NCBI GenBank assembly: GCA_945865405.1
Contig: CAMBDS010000012.1
Span: 2,383 to 66,382 of the forward strand
Length of the DNA: 64,000 bases
Direction: 5' to 3'
Source of the DNA: Caldithrix abyssi DSM 13497
GTDB taxonomy: Bacteria > Electryoneota > AABM5-125-24 > Hatepunaeales > Hatepunaeaceae
The notes beneath the pieces were generated by a model. It had not been told where the DNA came from, made no database searches, and saw only the letters and a program-made list of their open reading frames with translations. Made by a program: the position numbers and the translations under genes. Below are positions 55,186 through 63,598 of the stretch, in pieces; positions within the stretch are counted from its first letter, which is position 1; each line of letters starts with the position of its first letter.

Positions 55186-55664
55186 TTCGGGAGCGAAATT
55201 ATCGTGATCTGCACCTCAACCAGCCCATCGTTGACCATTCCCAAGTCCTTTGCAGCTCCATAGGAGACATCGAGAACCCGCCCCTTGATAAAAGGTCCAC
55301 GATCATTTACTCGCAATGTGCAGCTCTTGTTATTCTTTAAGTTCATAACCTTAACTACTGATCCAAAAGGCAAATGCCGGTGCGCTGTGGTTGGCCCATT
55401 CATGTCGAATATTTCACCAGAGGCTGTCTTATTGCCGTGGTACTGCTTTCCGTACCATGACGCTATCCCGCGCCAAGTCTGGCCCGGAAAAAAATTTGAC
55501 TCCGGATTCTTCGTTGATATTCTATGATACTTTGGGTCATTCGAAAGCCGCGGACTACTTGAACAGGCTGATATCAAAACGACACAGTAGATAAGCAGGG
55601 AAGCAGGCCAGATAATCCGCTTAATCACACGTTGTGCCCCAATGAAATGCCTATGGCTTTTCAA
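55182..55664 (-). CDS. rlpA: Septal ring lytic transglycosylase RlpA family lipoprotein (DPBB domain)
   Basis: 160 aa with lipobox VLISAC. GIASWYGKQYHGNKTASGEIFDMNGPTTAHRHLPFGSVVKVMNLKNNKSCTLRVNDRGPF. Confidence 0.85.
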   Translation of the reverse strand: MKSHRHFIGAQRVIKRIIWPASLLIYCVVLISACSSSPRLSNDPKYHRISTKNPESNFFPGQTWRGIASWYGKQYHGNKTASGEIFDMNGPTTAHRHLPFGSVVKVMNLKNNKSCTLRVNDRGPFIKGRVLDVSYGAAKDLGMVNDGLVEVQITIISLPK

Positions 55665-56571
55665 GTGCGCCGATTAACTCTTCTACTGACTTTACACCGT
55701 GACGACGACAATAGTCGTCCATTTCCTCAAGTATCCTGCCAGGCGAGTAAGGATCTGCAAACAATACAGATCCCAACTGTAAACCGGTAGCTCCTGCCAA
55801 TAAAAACTCTATACAATCCAACCCGTTCACAATTCCTCCAGACGCCCAGATCGGAATATCGACCGCCTTGGATGCCTGCCAGACTTTTGCGAGGGCAACC
55901 GGCTTCAACGGAAGTCCACTATACCCGCCTGTGACCGTGCCAAGCAATGGCATGCGTGTCTCGACATCAATCATCATGCCAACCAAAGTATTAATCATTG
56001 TTAAGGCACTTGCACCATTCTTTGCCGCTGCTTCAGCGAGCGGTGCTACTTGTGTATGATGCGGCGTGAGCTTTACGGCAATAAACTTATCGGTAATGTT
56101 TCGACACTCTCGAACCGTTTCGGCAATTGCCGATGAGTCTCCCCCAATCGAAATCCCACCCTGTTTGACATTTGGGCAGGATAAGTTAAGCTCATAACCT
56201 GAAATACCTTCCAACGTCTCGAGACGCGACATGACCGTTACGAACTCTTCGACTGTCTCGCCAAATATACTGAGGAAAACTTTTGTTTCCTTGACAGGAA
56301 GTATTCCCGCCTTTTCGGCTAAAAATGCTTCGACGCCAGGATTAGCGAGCCCGATTGAGTTAATCACTCCTCCACCAGGGGTCTCACAGATTCTTGGTGG
56401 TGGATTACCTGGTCGGGGTCGAACTGAAAGGGATTTGGTTACAATGCCGCCAAATGGCGCATAGTCAATCAAACTCAAGAATTCGTCACCATAACCGAAT
56501 GTGCCGGATCCAGTTAATAGTGGCGTTCGGAAATTCAGTCCACTCATCGCTACATTGAAATCTGTCGTCAT
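55651..56571 (-). CDS. pyrD: Dihydroorotate dehydrogenase, class 1B catalytic subunit
   Basis: 306 aa. ...LNFRTPLLTGSGTFGYG...GGIVTKS...NSIGLANPG...LNLSCPNVK...GGI.NG. Adjacent to pyrK. Confidence 0.9.
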   Translation of the reverse strand: MTTDFNVAMSGLNFRTPLLTGSGTFGYGDEFLSLIDYAPFGGIVTKSLSVRPRPGNPPPRICETPGGGVINSIGLANPGVEAFLAEKAGILPVKETKVFLSIFGETVEEFVTVMSRLETLEGISGYELNLSCPNVKQGGISIGGDSSAIAETVRECRNITDKFIAVKLTPHHTQVAPLAEAAAKNGASALTMINTLVGMMIDVETRMPLLGTVTGGYSGLPLKPVALAKVWQASKAVDIPIWASGGIVNGLDCIEFLLAGATGLQLGSVLFADPYSPGRILEEMDDYCRRHGVKSVEELIGALEKP

Positions 56572-57371
56572 GGCAAAGAAGCCGTTTCGAGTAAAATGTC
56601 AAGACAGTCAAAGACCGGCCCATCCTTGCAGACGAGGTAGTAACCCTTCCCATCGCTTCGCGGAACAGCACAGCTTTGGCAGGCCCCTACCCCACACCCC
56701 ATCGGGACTTCAAGTGAAACAAGTGATGGAATATTGCGCTCGATGCAGAACTTTTTCATTCCCCTTAACATTCCTGCAGGACCACAAGCTATAACAAGAG
56801 GCTTTTTATCGGCACTGAGACCGTCGACTACGTTTTTGAGCAGTTGAACCGTATTGCCATGATATCCTAGCGATCCGTCGTCCGATGCCCAAAGGATATT
56901 CCTTTGCATTGCTTCAGAAAGCGAGAGAGGTATAGTGAATGCCGATCTTACGCCTAGAATAAAAACTCGCTCTCGTTCCTTAGGCATCTGGTCGTCGAGA
57001 ATCTGTAGGGGCACCACGCCTATTCCACCTGTCAGAAAAATGATCGGATTATGTCCTTTCGGAACATTTATCGGATGACCAAGTGGACCGATCAGGTCGA
57101 TAGTGTCGCCAGATCTCTTCGCAGCCAATAATCGCGTCCCTTCCCCTCTTATATGAAAAATCAATCGGAGAACGTCGCCTGCAATAGGACCAATGCTCAA
57201 AGGCCGTCGAAGGAACGGGTCAAAACCAGCAGAGACGCGAACATGTGCAAATTGACCAGCGCGAGTAACTGAAGCAAGCCGAGGAGCCTCTATCGAGATG
57301 TCCCATAAATTCGGCGAAATCTCTATCGACTCTCTTACCAGCCCTATTTCTGCAATCGGTGGGATCATCAA
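56568..57371 (-). CDS. pyrK: Dihydroorotate dehydrogenase electron-transfer subunit
   Basis: 267 aa. FAD/NAD-binding fold (RRPLSI, GGIGVVPL) and a C-terminal 2Fe-2S motif CGVGACQSCAV. ATGA overlap with pyrD. Confidence 0.85.
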   Translation of the reverse strand: MMIPPIAEIGLVRESIEISPNLWDISIEAPRLASVTRAGQFAHVRVSAGFDPFLRRPLSIGPIAGDVLRLIFHIRGEGTRLLAAKRSGDTIDLIGPLGHPINVPKGHNPIIFLTGGIGVVPLQILDDQMPKERERVFILGVRSAFTIPLSLSEAMQRNILWASDDGSLGYHGNTVQLLKNVVDGLSADKKPLVIACGPAGMLRGMKKFCIERNIPSLVSLEVPMGCGVGACQSCAVPRSDGKGYYLVCKDGPVFDCLDILLETASLP

Positions 57372-59842
57372 TTGTCTGGGTATTTGAATTGAAAGGTCTG
57401 CTTAATCCTGACATCAACCGGTTTACCCGTCTTCCGTCCGGGCCGGTACGCTAATAAGCCGACCACTTGCAATGCCGCCTCTTCAAAACCATATCCTTCT
57501 GGCTCTGACTTAATTGTAACAACATTTGTGATTTCGCCATTTGAGCGAACTATCAGACTCAACTCTATCTTGCCATTCATATGCTCCGAATAGGCTTCGA
57601 ATGGGTAATAACTCTTGAGATAATCATCAATCACTTGTTGCGATGTGATCAAGATCGGAATCTCATCGACCTTGTCCGCATCGAATATAGTCGATTCGCC
57701 TCGATTTTCATTTAGAATTTCATCGTCTTGGAAGGGATGTATAAAATCTTCTGCCTCTGAAACTTCTCTTTTCACGCCTTCATTAGAAATTCGCGCTTGC
57801 GCCTTTGCAGTGTTTTTCGGGGCACGTTTCTGCGCTATTTTTGCAAATGGAGTACCTGAAAATTTAGTACTCACTTCCGCATACAGTAAATTGGCAAGGC
57901 TATCCTGCCCCATTTCAGTCCTTGTAATATAGGCTGCGGCAAGTAGCCCTCGCGCCGCCGCAGTATCACCCGAGTCGGCGACCTCTGCTGCCAAAAGATA
58001 GATTAATCGCGCCGATTCCGCATCTCCCTGATCTCGCCAGACTGTTTCAGCAGAGTCTATCAATGCTTCTACTTGAGTTGCCGGAATTGACTTAATGGCA
58101 ATTCCCAGCGCGTTTTCAGCCCGTTCCTTCCAAACATTATCAGGCGGTCTGTCGAGGATTAGTTGATATAGCGAATCATAAGCGATTGTATCATTTCTAC
58201 TTTTATGAATATACGCTTCGGTAGCGACTCCGCGAGCCCATAAGATAGAATCTGATGTAGATGTCAATAAGGTATTAACGTAGAAAGAAGCGCTATCGAA
58301 GTCATTTCGGTCGAAAAGATGCAACTCGGCTAATGATAGCCAGACATCATTCTGCTGTGTATGAAACAAGGAATCGATTGCAATTAATTGTAACGAATCG
58401 AGAGGCGCTCTTGAAGTGTCTGGGAGTGACGTAACAATCTTTGATGAATCGGCGTTTATTGAATCGGCTTTTTGTTGTTCAAGCTCAAGCAAATTCGCTC
58501 TTCCTGTCGGATCCGCCGCCATCGCTTCATCGATCATTCTACTTATTGGATCGTTTGGATCACGCGCTTCTTCCGGGCGATACTTTCCTTTCGCATCCTT
58601 TCCCTTTTTTTTTGATGTTCTATCCTTCGCTTTATCAACCTTTGCTTTCGCAATTTGTGACGAATCGACCCAAATCGTATCGATTGAATAAAGCAATTTC
58701 AACCCTTGCCTGGAACTGTCGAGTTGAACGAACATTCGCTGGAAGAATCGTAACTTTTTGTAATGTCTGACAAGAGATTCAATTTCAGTAGCAAGTGAGT
58801 CGGCTTCTATCCCAACCTGTGTGGATCGTCCCGCACTCTTTGCGGATAGAAGCGCGGCTACTGCCAAAGAATCGTTCTGGTATACGGTCCAATGAAGCAA
58901 GCCGAGATGATACTGAGCTTCTATGGTAATATCACCCTGTTTTTCAGTTTCTATCAGTTTCTCTAATCCATCCTTCGCCTCATCGTAGCGACCGAGGACT
59001 ATCAAACACTTTCCCGCTTCCAATTCAACCATTGGAAAGTCGTCAAGAAATGCACCATCTTTCAGAAGTTCAACACAAACCAATAACGCTTCTTCAGGTC
59101 TGGAACTTTCTCTTAACGCCGTTGCACGCTGGAACGAGGCTTCGAAGCGCAGTCTTCGAGGAATCTTTTCGCTCAATATTTCATCATATAGCTCTACTGC
59201 CTCCCCGTATCGCTTTAGCTCACCAAGCGTTTCACCAGCCTTCACCCAACTTTCTCCACGAAGCCAATCATCATCTTTTGATGCTTGCGCCGCCGATCTG
59301 AACTCTGGAAGCGCAACTTCGGGGCGATTTTCCATAAGATAGTATTCGCCGAGTCCAAGGTGACCTTGAGCGATTAATGATTGATTAGTTGAGGTAATAA
59401 AGATATTTTCAAGAATCTCTTTGGCAGAATCTGGCTGGGCGAGGCGAAGCAGGGATAAACCTTTGAATAACAAAGCTTCTTCTATAAGCGGTGAATCGGG
59501 AAATCGGCTAAGAAGTTCATCGGTTCTACCTGCGGCACTCCTAAGTTTACCATCACGGTAATGGGATTTTGCGATTATCAACAAAACATCGTCTTCCCAT
59601 TTGCTTCCCGGATAATACTCGAGCATCTTCTCGGCTGACGCTATTGGCTTGGCGTAGCCAGACGTTGCGGAAGACCTTTTTCGGTCGTTTCTGTCCGAGG
59701 CATCGCGTCGCTGTTTTTCGGCTGCAGAGTAGTATTTTTGGGCATTATAGTAATAATTGTAATAGGCACAACCGGTGAACATCGCAAGTATGAAAAGTGC
59801 GAAAACTCCAGGGGCCAGAATTTTTGTCGATTGTAAGTTCAA
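57368..59842 (-). CDS. TPR-repeat lipoprotein with a C-terminal TonB-type domain
   Basis: 824 aa. Lipobox LAMFTGC, multiple TPR-like helical repeats, a Lys-rich linker (KVDKAKDRTSKKKGKDAKGK) and a C-terminal TonB_C-like block YPFEAYSEHMNGKIELSLIVRSNGEITNVVTIKSEPEGYGFEEAALQVVGLLAYRPGRKTGKPVDV. Confidence 0.7.
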   Translation of the reverse strand: MNLQSTKILAPGVFALFILAMFTGCAYYNYYYNAQKYYSAAEKQRRDASDRNDRKRSSATSGYAKPIASAEKMLEYYPGSKWEDDVLLIIAKSHYRDGKLRSAAGRTDELLSRFPDSPLIEEALLFKGLSLLRLAQPDSAKEILENIFITSTNQSLIAQGHLGLGEYYLMENRPEVALPEFRSAAQASKDDDWLRGESWVKAGETLGELKRYGEAVELYDEILSEKIPRRLRFEASFQRATALRESSRPEEALLVCVELLKDGAFLDDFPMVELEAGKCLIVLGRYDEAKDGLEKLIETEKQGDITIEAQYHLGLLHWTVYQNDSLAVAALLSAKSAGRSTQVGIEADSLATEIESLVRHYKKLRFFQRMFVQLDSSRQGLKLLYSIDTIWVDSSQIAKAKVDKAKDRTSKKKGKDAKGKYRPEEARDPNDPISRMIDEAMAADPTGRANLLELEQQKADSINADSSKIVTSLPDTSRAPLDSLQLIAIDSLFHTQQNDVWLSLAELHLFDRNDFDSASFYVNTLLTSTSDSILWARGVATEAYIHKSRNDTIAYDSLYQLILDRPPDNVWKERAENALGIAIKSIPATQVEALIDSAETVWRDQGDAESARLIYLLAAEVADSGDTAAARGLLAAAYITRTEMGQDSLANLLYAEVSTKFSGTPFAKIAQKRAPKNTAKAQARISNEGVKREVSEAEDFIHPFQDDEILNENRGESTIFDADKVDEIPILITSQQVIDDYLKSYYPFEAYSEHMNGKIELSLIVRSNGEITNVVTIKSEPEGYGFEEAALQVVGLLAYRPGRKTGKPVDVRIKQTFQFKYPDN

Positions 59843-59922
59843 TTACACCTAATTGTGATATTTGCTTTGGCGATCACAAATTGTTTTTGATTGCAGAACA
59901 GTCAGATGAAACGTTGCTACAC

Positions 59923-59951
59923 TTGACACCGGACGTTCAATACGTTAAATT
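59923..59951 (+). promoter_or_regulatory. Candidate sigma70-type promoter for rpsT
   Basis: TTGACA-N17-TAAATT on the plus strand, 40 nt upstream of the rpsT ATG. AGGAA SD at about -10. Confidence 0.5.
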
Positions 59952-59990
59952 ACGAGTTCATGGTAAATTCACGATCAATAGGAACCCTCG

Positions 59991-60260
59991 ATGGCTCACC
60001 ATCTTTCCGCTATTAAGCGGATCAAAACCAACAAGAAAGCTAATCTTCGCAATCGGCAATATCGTGCAACTCTTCGAATCGCTTTGCGACGGGTTCGTGA
60101 AGGAGCGACCATTGACGAGAAACGGACTCAATTAGTTCTGGCTGTCAGCACTCTCGACCGCCTTGCGGGTAAAGGAATTATCCACCGCAATGCCGCTGCC
60201 AGAAAGAAATCGAGCCTTTATCATCAAATTGCCAAGCTCGCTTCCGCTGCAGCAGCCTGA
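59991..60260 (+). CDS. rpsT: 30S ribosomal protein S20
   Basis: 89 aa and basic. MAHHLSAIKRIKTNKKANLRNRQYRATLR... is the S20 N-terminal pattern. It is the only plus-strand gene in the window. Confidence 0.9.
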   Translation: MAHHLSAIKRIKTNKKANLRNRQYRATLRIALRRVREGATIDEKRTQLVLAVSTLDRLAGKGIIHRNAAARKKSSLYHQIAKLASAAAA

Positions 60261-60274
60261 TTGAACCCTCGAGC

Positions 60275-60310
60275 GAGGCGCTACATGTTGACATGGTAGT
60301 TTGGCGCCTC
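60275..60310. terminator. Possible bidirectional hairpin at the convergent rpsT / guaB junction
   Basis: GAGGCGC (60275-60281) pairs with GCGCCTC (60304-60310), and the loop is itself near-palindromic (TACATGTTGACATGGTA). It overlaps the last codons of guaB, and there is no clear U-tract on either side. Confidence 0.25.
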
Positions 60311-61792
60311 GCGAGTCACGATCACGTCGTGAGGATGGTTTTCACGCACGCCGGCTGATGTGATCTGGACAAATCTTGGATCCTTTCTGAACGATTCCAT
60401 GTCAAGACAGCCGCAGTACCCCATCGCCGCCTTAAGTCCTCCCATCAGTTGAAAGACTGTGTCGGAAATCTTTCCTTTGTAGGGAACCTTACCCTCAATT
60501 CCTTCCGGTACCAGCTTATCAGCCTCAGCACCCTCTTGAAAATAACGATCCGCCGACCCCTTCTTCATAGCCACCAGCGAACCCATTCCGTAATAGACTT
60601 TGTAGGATCTACCTTCTGAGAGAACTACCTCGCCAGGGCTTTCTTCCATACCAGCAAGAATCGACCCAAGCATAACGCTTGACGCTCCGGCAGCCAACGC
60701 TTTTGCAATATCACCAGAGTAGCGGATACCTCCATCCGCAATCATCGGCACATCAAATTCTGCAAGACCTTCTGCGCAGTCAAGAATTGCACTCATCTGC
60801 GGGACCCCAATACCAGCAATGACTCGCGTTGTGCAGATTGCTCCCGCACCTATTCCAACCTTGACTCCATCAGCCCCGGCTCGAGCTAAATCTCTCGCTC
60901 CTTCTGCAGTGGCAACATTACCGGCAATGATTTGGGATTCGGGAAATTTTGCCTTTATTTCGGAGACCATTTTCATGACCCCTTCGGAATGACCATGAGC
61001 AGTATCGACGCAAACAACATCGACGCCAGCCTCAACCAGTGCCTTTACCCGTGCCATTGTGCCTTCGACCACCCCAACCGCAGCACCAACCCTTAATCTC
61101 CCTTTCTCATCCTTACACGCATTAGGGAACATCTTGTTCTTCTGAATATCCTTGGCGGTAATCAATCCTACAAGTTTATTGTTAGAATCGACCACGGGCA
61201 GTTTTTCTATCCTGTGCTCGCGAAGAACTGCTTGAGTATGTTCCAGAGTAGAATCTATTGGAACCGTGATGATCTTTCCCTTAAACATATAATGTGAGAC
61301 TGGTTTGCGCGGATCCGTAGCGAACCGTATATCCCGTTGTGTTAACATTCCGACGACAACTCCATCCTCGACTATTGGGATACCTGTTATCCCGAATTGG
61401 TGCATCACACTCAACGCCTTACCTAAAGGTGTTGCAGGTGGCATTGTTACCGGGTTGTCAATAACGAAACTCTCAGACCTCTTAACGGCAATAACTTGAT
61501 TTACTTGATCCTCAATCGATAGGTTTTTGTGAATTACCCCAAGTCCGCCCTCTCTTGCCAAAGCAATTGCAAGGCGAGATTCGGTCACTGTATCCATCGC
61601 AGCACTCAGCAACGGAATGTTTAGGGTGATTTTTTTTGTCAAACGAGTCTTCAAAGAGACTTGTCTTGGCAGGACAGCGGATCGACGCGGTACGATCAGG
61701 ATGTCGTCAAATGTTAAACCAAGTCGCTCGATTCTCGAATTTTGGGGCGCAAATCCTGAATTCGAATTTACGAAAGTAGTTTCAGCAGCCAT
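60281..61792 (-). CDS. guaB: Inosine-5'-monophosphate dehydrogenase
   Basis: 503 aa. [10 protein letters not shown], tandem CBS domains, the catalytic loop [20 protein letters not shown], and [17 protein letters not shown]. Confidence 0.95.
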   Translation of the reverse strand: MAAETTFVNSNSGFAPQNSRIERLGLTFDDILIVPRRSAVLPRQVSLKTRLTKKITLNIPLLSAAMDTVTESRLAIALAREGGLGVIHKNLSIEDQVNQVIAVKRSESFVIDNPVTMPPATPLGKALSVMHQFGITGIPIVEDGVVVGMLTQRDIRFATDPRKPVSHYMFKGKIITVPIDSTLEHTQAVLREHRIEKLPVVDSNNKLVGLITAKDIQKNKMFPNACKDEKGRLRVGAAVGVVEGTMARVKALVEAGVDVVCVDTAHGHSEGVMKMVSEIKAKFPESQIIAGNVATAEGARDLARAGADGVKVGIGAGAICTTRVIAGIGVPQMSAILDCAEGLAEFDVPMIADGGIRYSGDIAKALAAGASSVMLGSILAGMEESPGEVVLSEGRSYKVYYGMGSLVAMKKGSADRYFQEGAEADKLVPEGIEGKVPYKGKISDTVFQLMGGLKAAMGYCGCLDMESFRKDPRFVQITSAGVRENHPHDVIVTREAPNYHVNM

Positions 61793-61998
61793 GGATTTCT
61801 CTGTTTACTGTAAAAATTGGTGTATTGGAACTGGGGAGGAGACGGAGTGGGAATTGATGGGACGGAAAAATTGACCACAAGAAATTAAGATGCCCGTCAA
61901 GGCTTCTTATGGGAGGTAGAAATCGTGGTGGTTTCCCCGTTAATTCTTTGGGTCGGGGGGGCAAGCTTTTCTCCAAATCGTAACTTATTTAACCTAAT

Positions 61999-62027
61999 AT
62001 TATAAACCGAAGACCTCAATAAGTCAA
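61999..62027 (-). promoter_or_regulatory. Near-consensus sigma70 promoter upstream of guaB
   Basis: The minus strand reads TTGACT-N17-TATAAT (-35 at 62027-62022, -10 at 62004-61999). This implies a leader of about 200 nt before the guaB ATG at 61792. Confidence 0.55.
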
Positions 62028-62086
62028 TAGCAATTAAAGCAAGGAACGAAAAATGAAAATTATAATACTTGAATGAATTTTCTGTG

Positions 62087-62764
62087 CTAACAAACAAAGT
62101 GATTGGGATTAGCTGAAAATCGTATGTTTCGAGCAGCATTTCGGGGGTCAGGTTTACCAAAAATGGCATTACCGGCGATTAAGAGTGATGCTCCCGCTTC
62201 ATACACCAGCGGGGCGGTAGTTTCATCTATCCCCCCATCAACTGCGACCAGAACATTATCAGGAAACATTTTGCGAATTTCAGTGATCTTTGGCAACATC
62301 TCTTCCTTGAATTTCTGACCGCCAAAGCCTGGTTCGACTGTCATCACAAGCACTTGATTCACGAACTTTTCCAATCCCTTTATAGCAGTTGCAGCCGTTC
62401 CCGGCTTAACTACAATTCCTGCTTGGATTCCGGCGTCTTGAATTTTTTTCAGCGCATTGACAGGGTTGGGTTCTGCTTCGATGTGAAAAGTAAGGTAATC
62501 TTTCGAGGACAATCCTGCACCGATGTAGTCATCGATCCAGCTTGCAGGTTTTTCGATCATCAAATGAACATCCAACGGAAGCGTTGAGATTCGTTTGATC
62601 GCTTTTACTACTGGAGCCCCAAAAGTCAAATTGGGGACGAAGTGACCGTCCATTACGTCACAATGGAAATAATCTACTTCAGATGCGACTTCGCTCATGC
62701 TTCGTTCAAAGCGTGCCATGTCTGCTGAGAGCAAGCTCGCAGCGATAAGCACTTTGTCACTCAT
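62087..62764 (-). CDS. rpe: Ribulose-phosphate 3-epimerase
   Basis: Preferred start MSDKVLIAASLLSADMARF... at 62764. HCDVMDGHFVPNLTFG, VHLM, VMTVEPGFGGQKF and DGGI are the Rpe motifs. Confidence 0.9.
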   Translation of the reverse strand: MSDKVLIAASLLSADMARFERSMSEVASEVDYFHCDVMDGHFVPNLTFGAPVVKAIKRISTLPLDVHLMIEKPASWIDDYIGAGLSSKDYLTFHIEAEPNPVNALKKIQDAGIQAGIVVKPGTAATAIKGLEKFVNQVLVMTVEPGFGGQKFKEEMLPKITEIRKMFPDNVLVAVDGGIDETTAPLVYEAGASLLIAGNAIFGKPDPRNAARNIRFSANPNHFVC

Positions 62765-63587
62765 GTTCGGAATCCCCTGAGATAGCAGGGTCAAGATTCA
62801 TTACCGAACTATCGACCTCTTCAGAAAATCCACCTATAGGCTCAACCGCCACTCGAACGTTCACAATATTGTCCATACCGATAGATGCACCCGGTGCCAT
62901 CGATTGTTCGATGATCGTTCCTGGATGATGATTTCTATCCGGATACTTTACAACCTCACCTAACCTTAGACCTTGTTTACGTAACATCAGTGTTGCGTTT
63001 TCAATATTTACGCCGATCAAATCAGGAACAGAGGGGTTCAATGGCTCGGATCCGAGGCTGACCGTAATCCTTAGTTCTGATCCCTTCAATAGTCCTGTTA
63101 ATGCTAACGGCGACTGTTCGATAATGACACCCTCTGGATCGATTTCGGAAAAACGATATCTAATCGCCTCAATATTGAGCCATAATCCAGACGAATCGGC
63201 GATCAGTCCCGCCTCCGAAGGCGCCTTTCCGATCACTTCCGGGCAAGGCACAAGACCGGCTGTCCCACTTACCACCACCTCCGCCCGTCTTCCCGGTTTT
63301 ACAATAGAGCCAGCCTGTGGGTATTGATCTATCACTATTCCGGGCGGCAATTTATCGTCCGACCTTATTCTCGCCGGGAGTAGCTCTACACCAGCCAATT
63401 TGCAAATGCTATCAGCTTCATCGAATGAGATCTTCCGCAGATCAGGCATCGAAACTTCTATTTCAGTTCTGCTGATAAATGGTAGCACAACCCTGTCGGC
63501 AAAGGCGATTAGCCAACCGAAGCCAAAGAATACTACTAAGATTCCTGTGACGAGATTGAGGCGCGAATCTATTTTGAAATTCTGCAA
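62757..63587 (-). CDS. PASTA-domain protein (N-terminal TM plus three PASTA repeats, no kinase or transpeptidase domain)
   Basis: 276 aa with TM VTGILVVFFGFGWLIAF. Three units of about 65 aa: VSMPDLRKISFDEADSICKLAGVEL...IVIDQYPQAGSIVKPGRRAEVVVS; VPCPEVIGKAPSEAGLIADSSGL...VIIEQSPLA...LRITVSLG; VPDLIGVNIENATLMLRKQGLRLG...TIIEQSMAPGASIGMDNIVNVRVA. Confidence 0.8.
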   Translation of the reverse strand: MQNFKIDSRLNLVTGILVVFFGFGWLIAFADRVVLPFISRTEIEVSMPDLRKISFDEADSICKLAGVELLPARIRSDDKLPPGIVIDQYPQAGSIVKPGRRAEVVVSGTAGLVPCPEVIGKAPSEAGLIADSSGLWLNIEAIRYRFSEIDPEGVIIEQSPLALTGLLKGSELRITVSLGSEPLNPSVPDLIGVNIENATLMLRKQGLRLGEVVKYPDRNHHPGTIIEQSMAPGASIGMDNIVNVRVAVEPIGGFSEEVDSSVMNLDPAISGDSEHE

Positions 63588-63598
63588 TGCCAGAAATT

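Noticed and set aside
58605-58613. A 9-nt homopolymer (T9 on the plus strand, A9 in the coding strand) inside the TPR-TonB gene as a possible phase-variation slippage tract. Shorter A8/T7/G7 runs occur at 61630-61637, 53185-53191 and 61955-61961.
   Set aside because: The A9 tract encodes the Lys-rich linker KKKGK, and 9 nt is borderline for slippage. There are no comparable tracts in or upstream of the surface-protein genes, where phase variation would be expected.
61870-61960. A possible purine riboswitch in the guaB leader, suggested by the GAUUUCUACC segment.
   Set aside because: The other conserved elements of the purine aptamer are absent: the UAUAAU-type J1/2, the P2 loop GGAUAUGG, the P3 loop CCGUAAAU and a closing P1. 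I kept it only as an unexplained long leader.
61782-62169. Two minus-strand ORFs (61782-61976, 64 aa; 61897-62169, 90 aa) in the rpe-guaB spacer.
   Set aside because: They overlap each other, the rpe 3' end, the guaB start and the TTGACT/TATAAT promoter. Their translations are low-complexity with no SD. The spacer is more likely non-coding leader.
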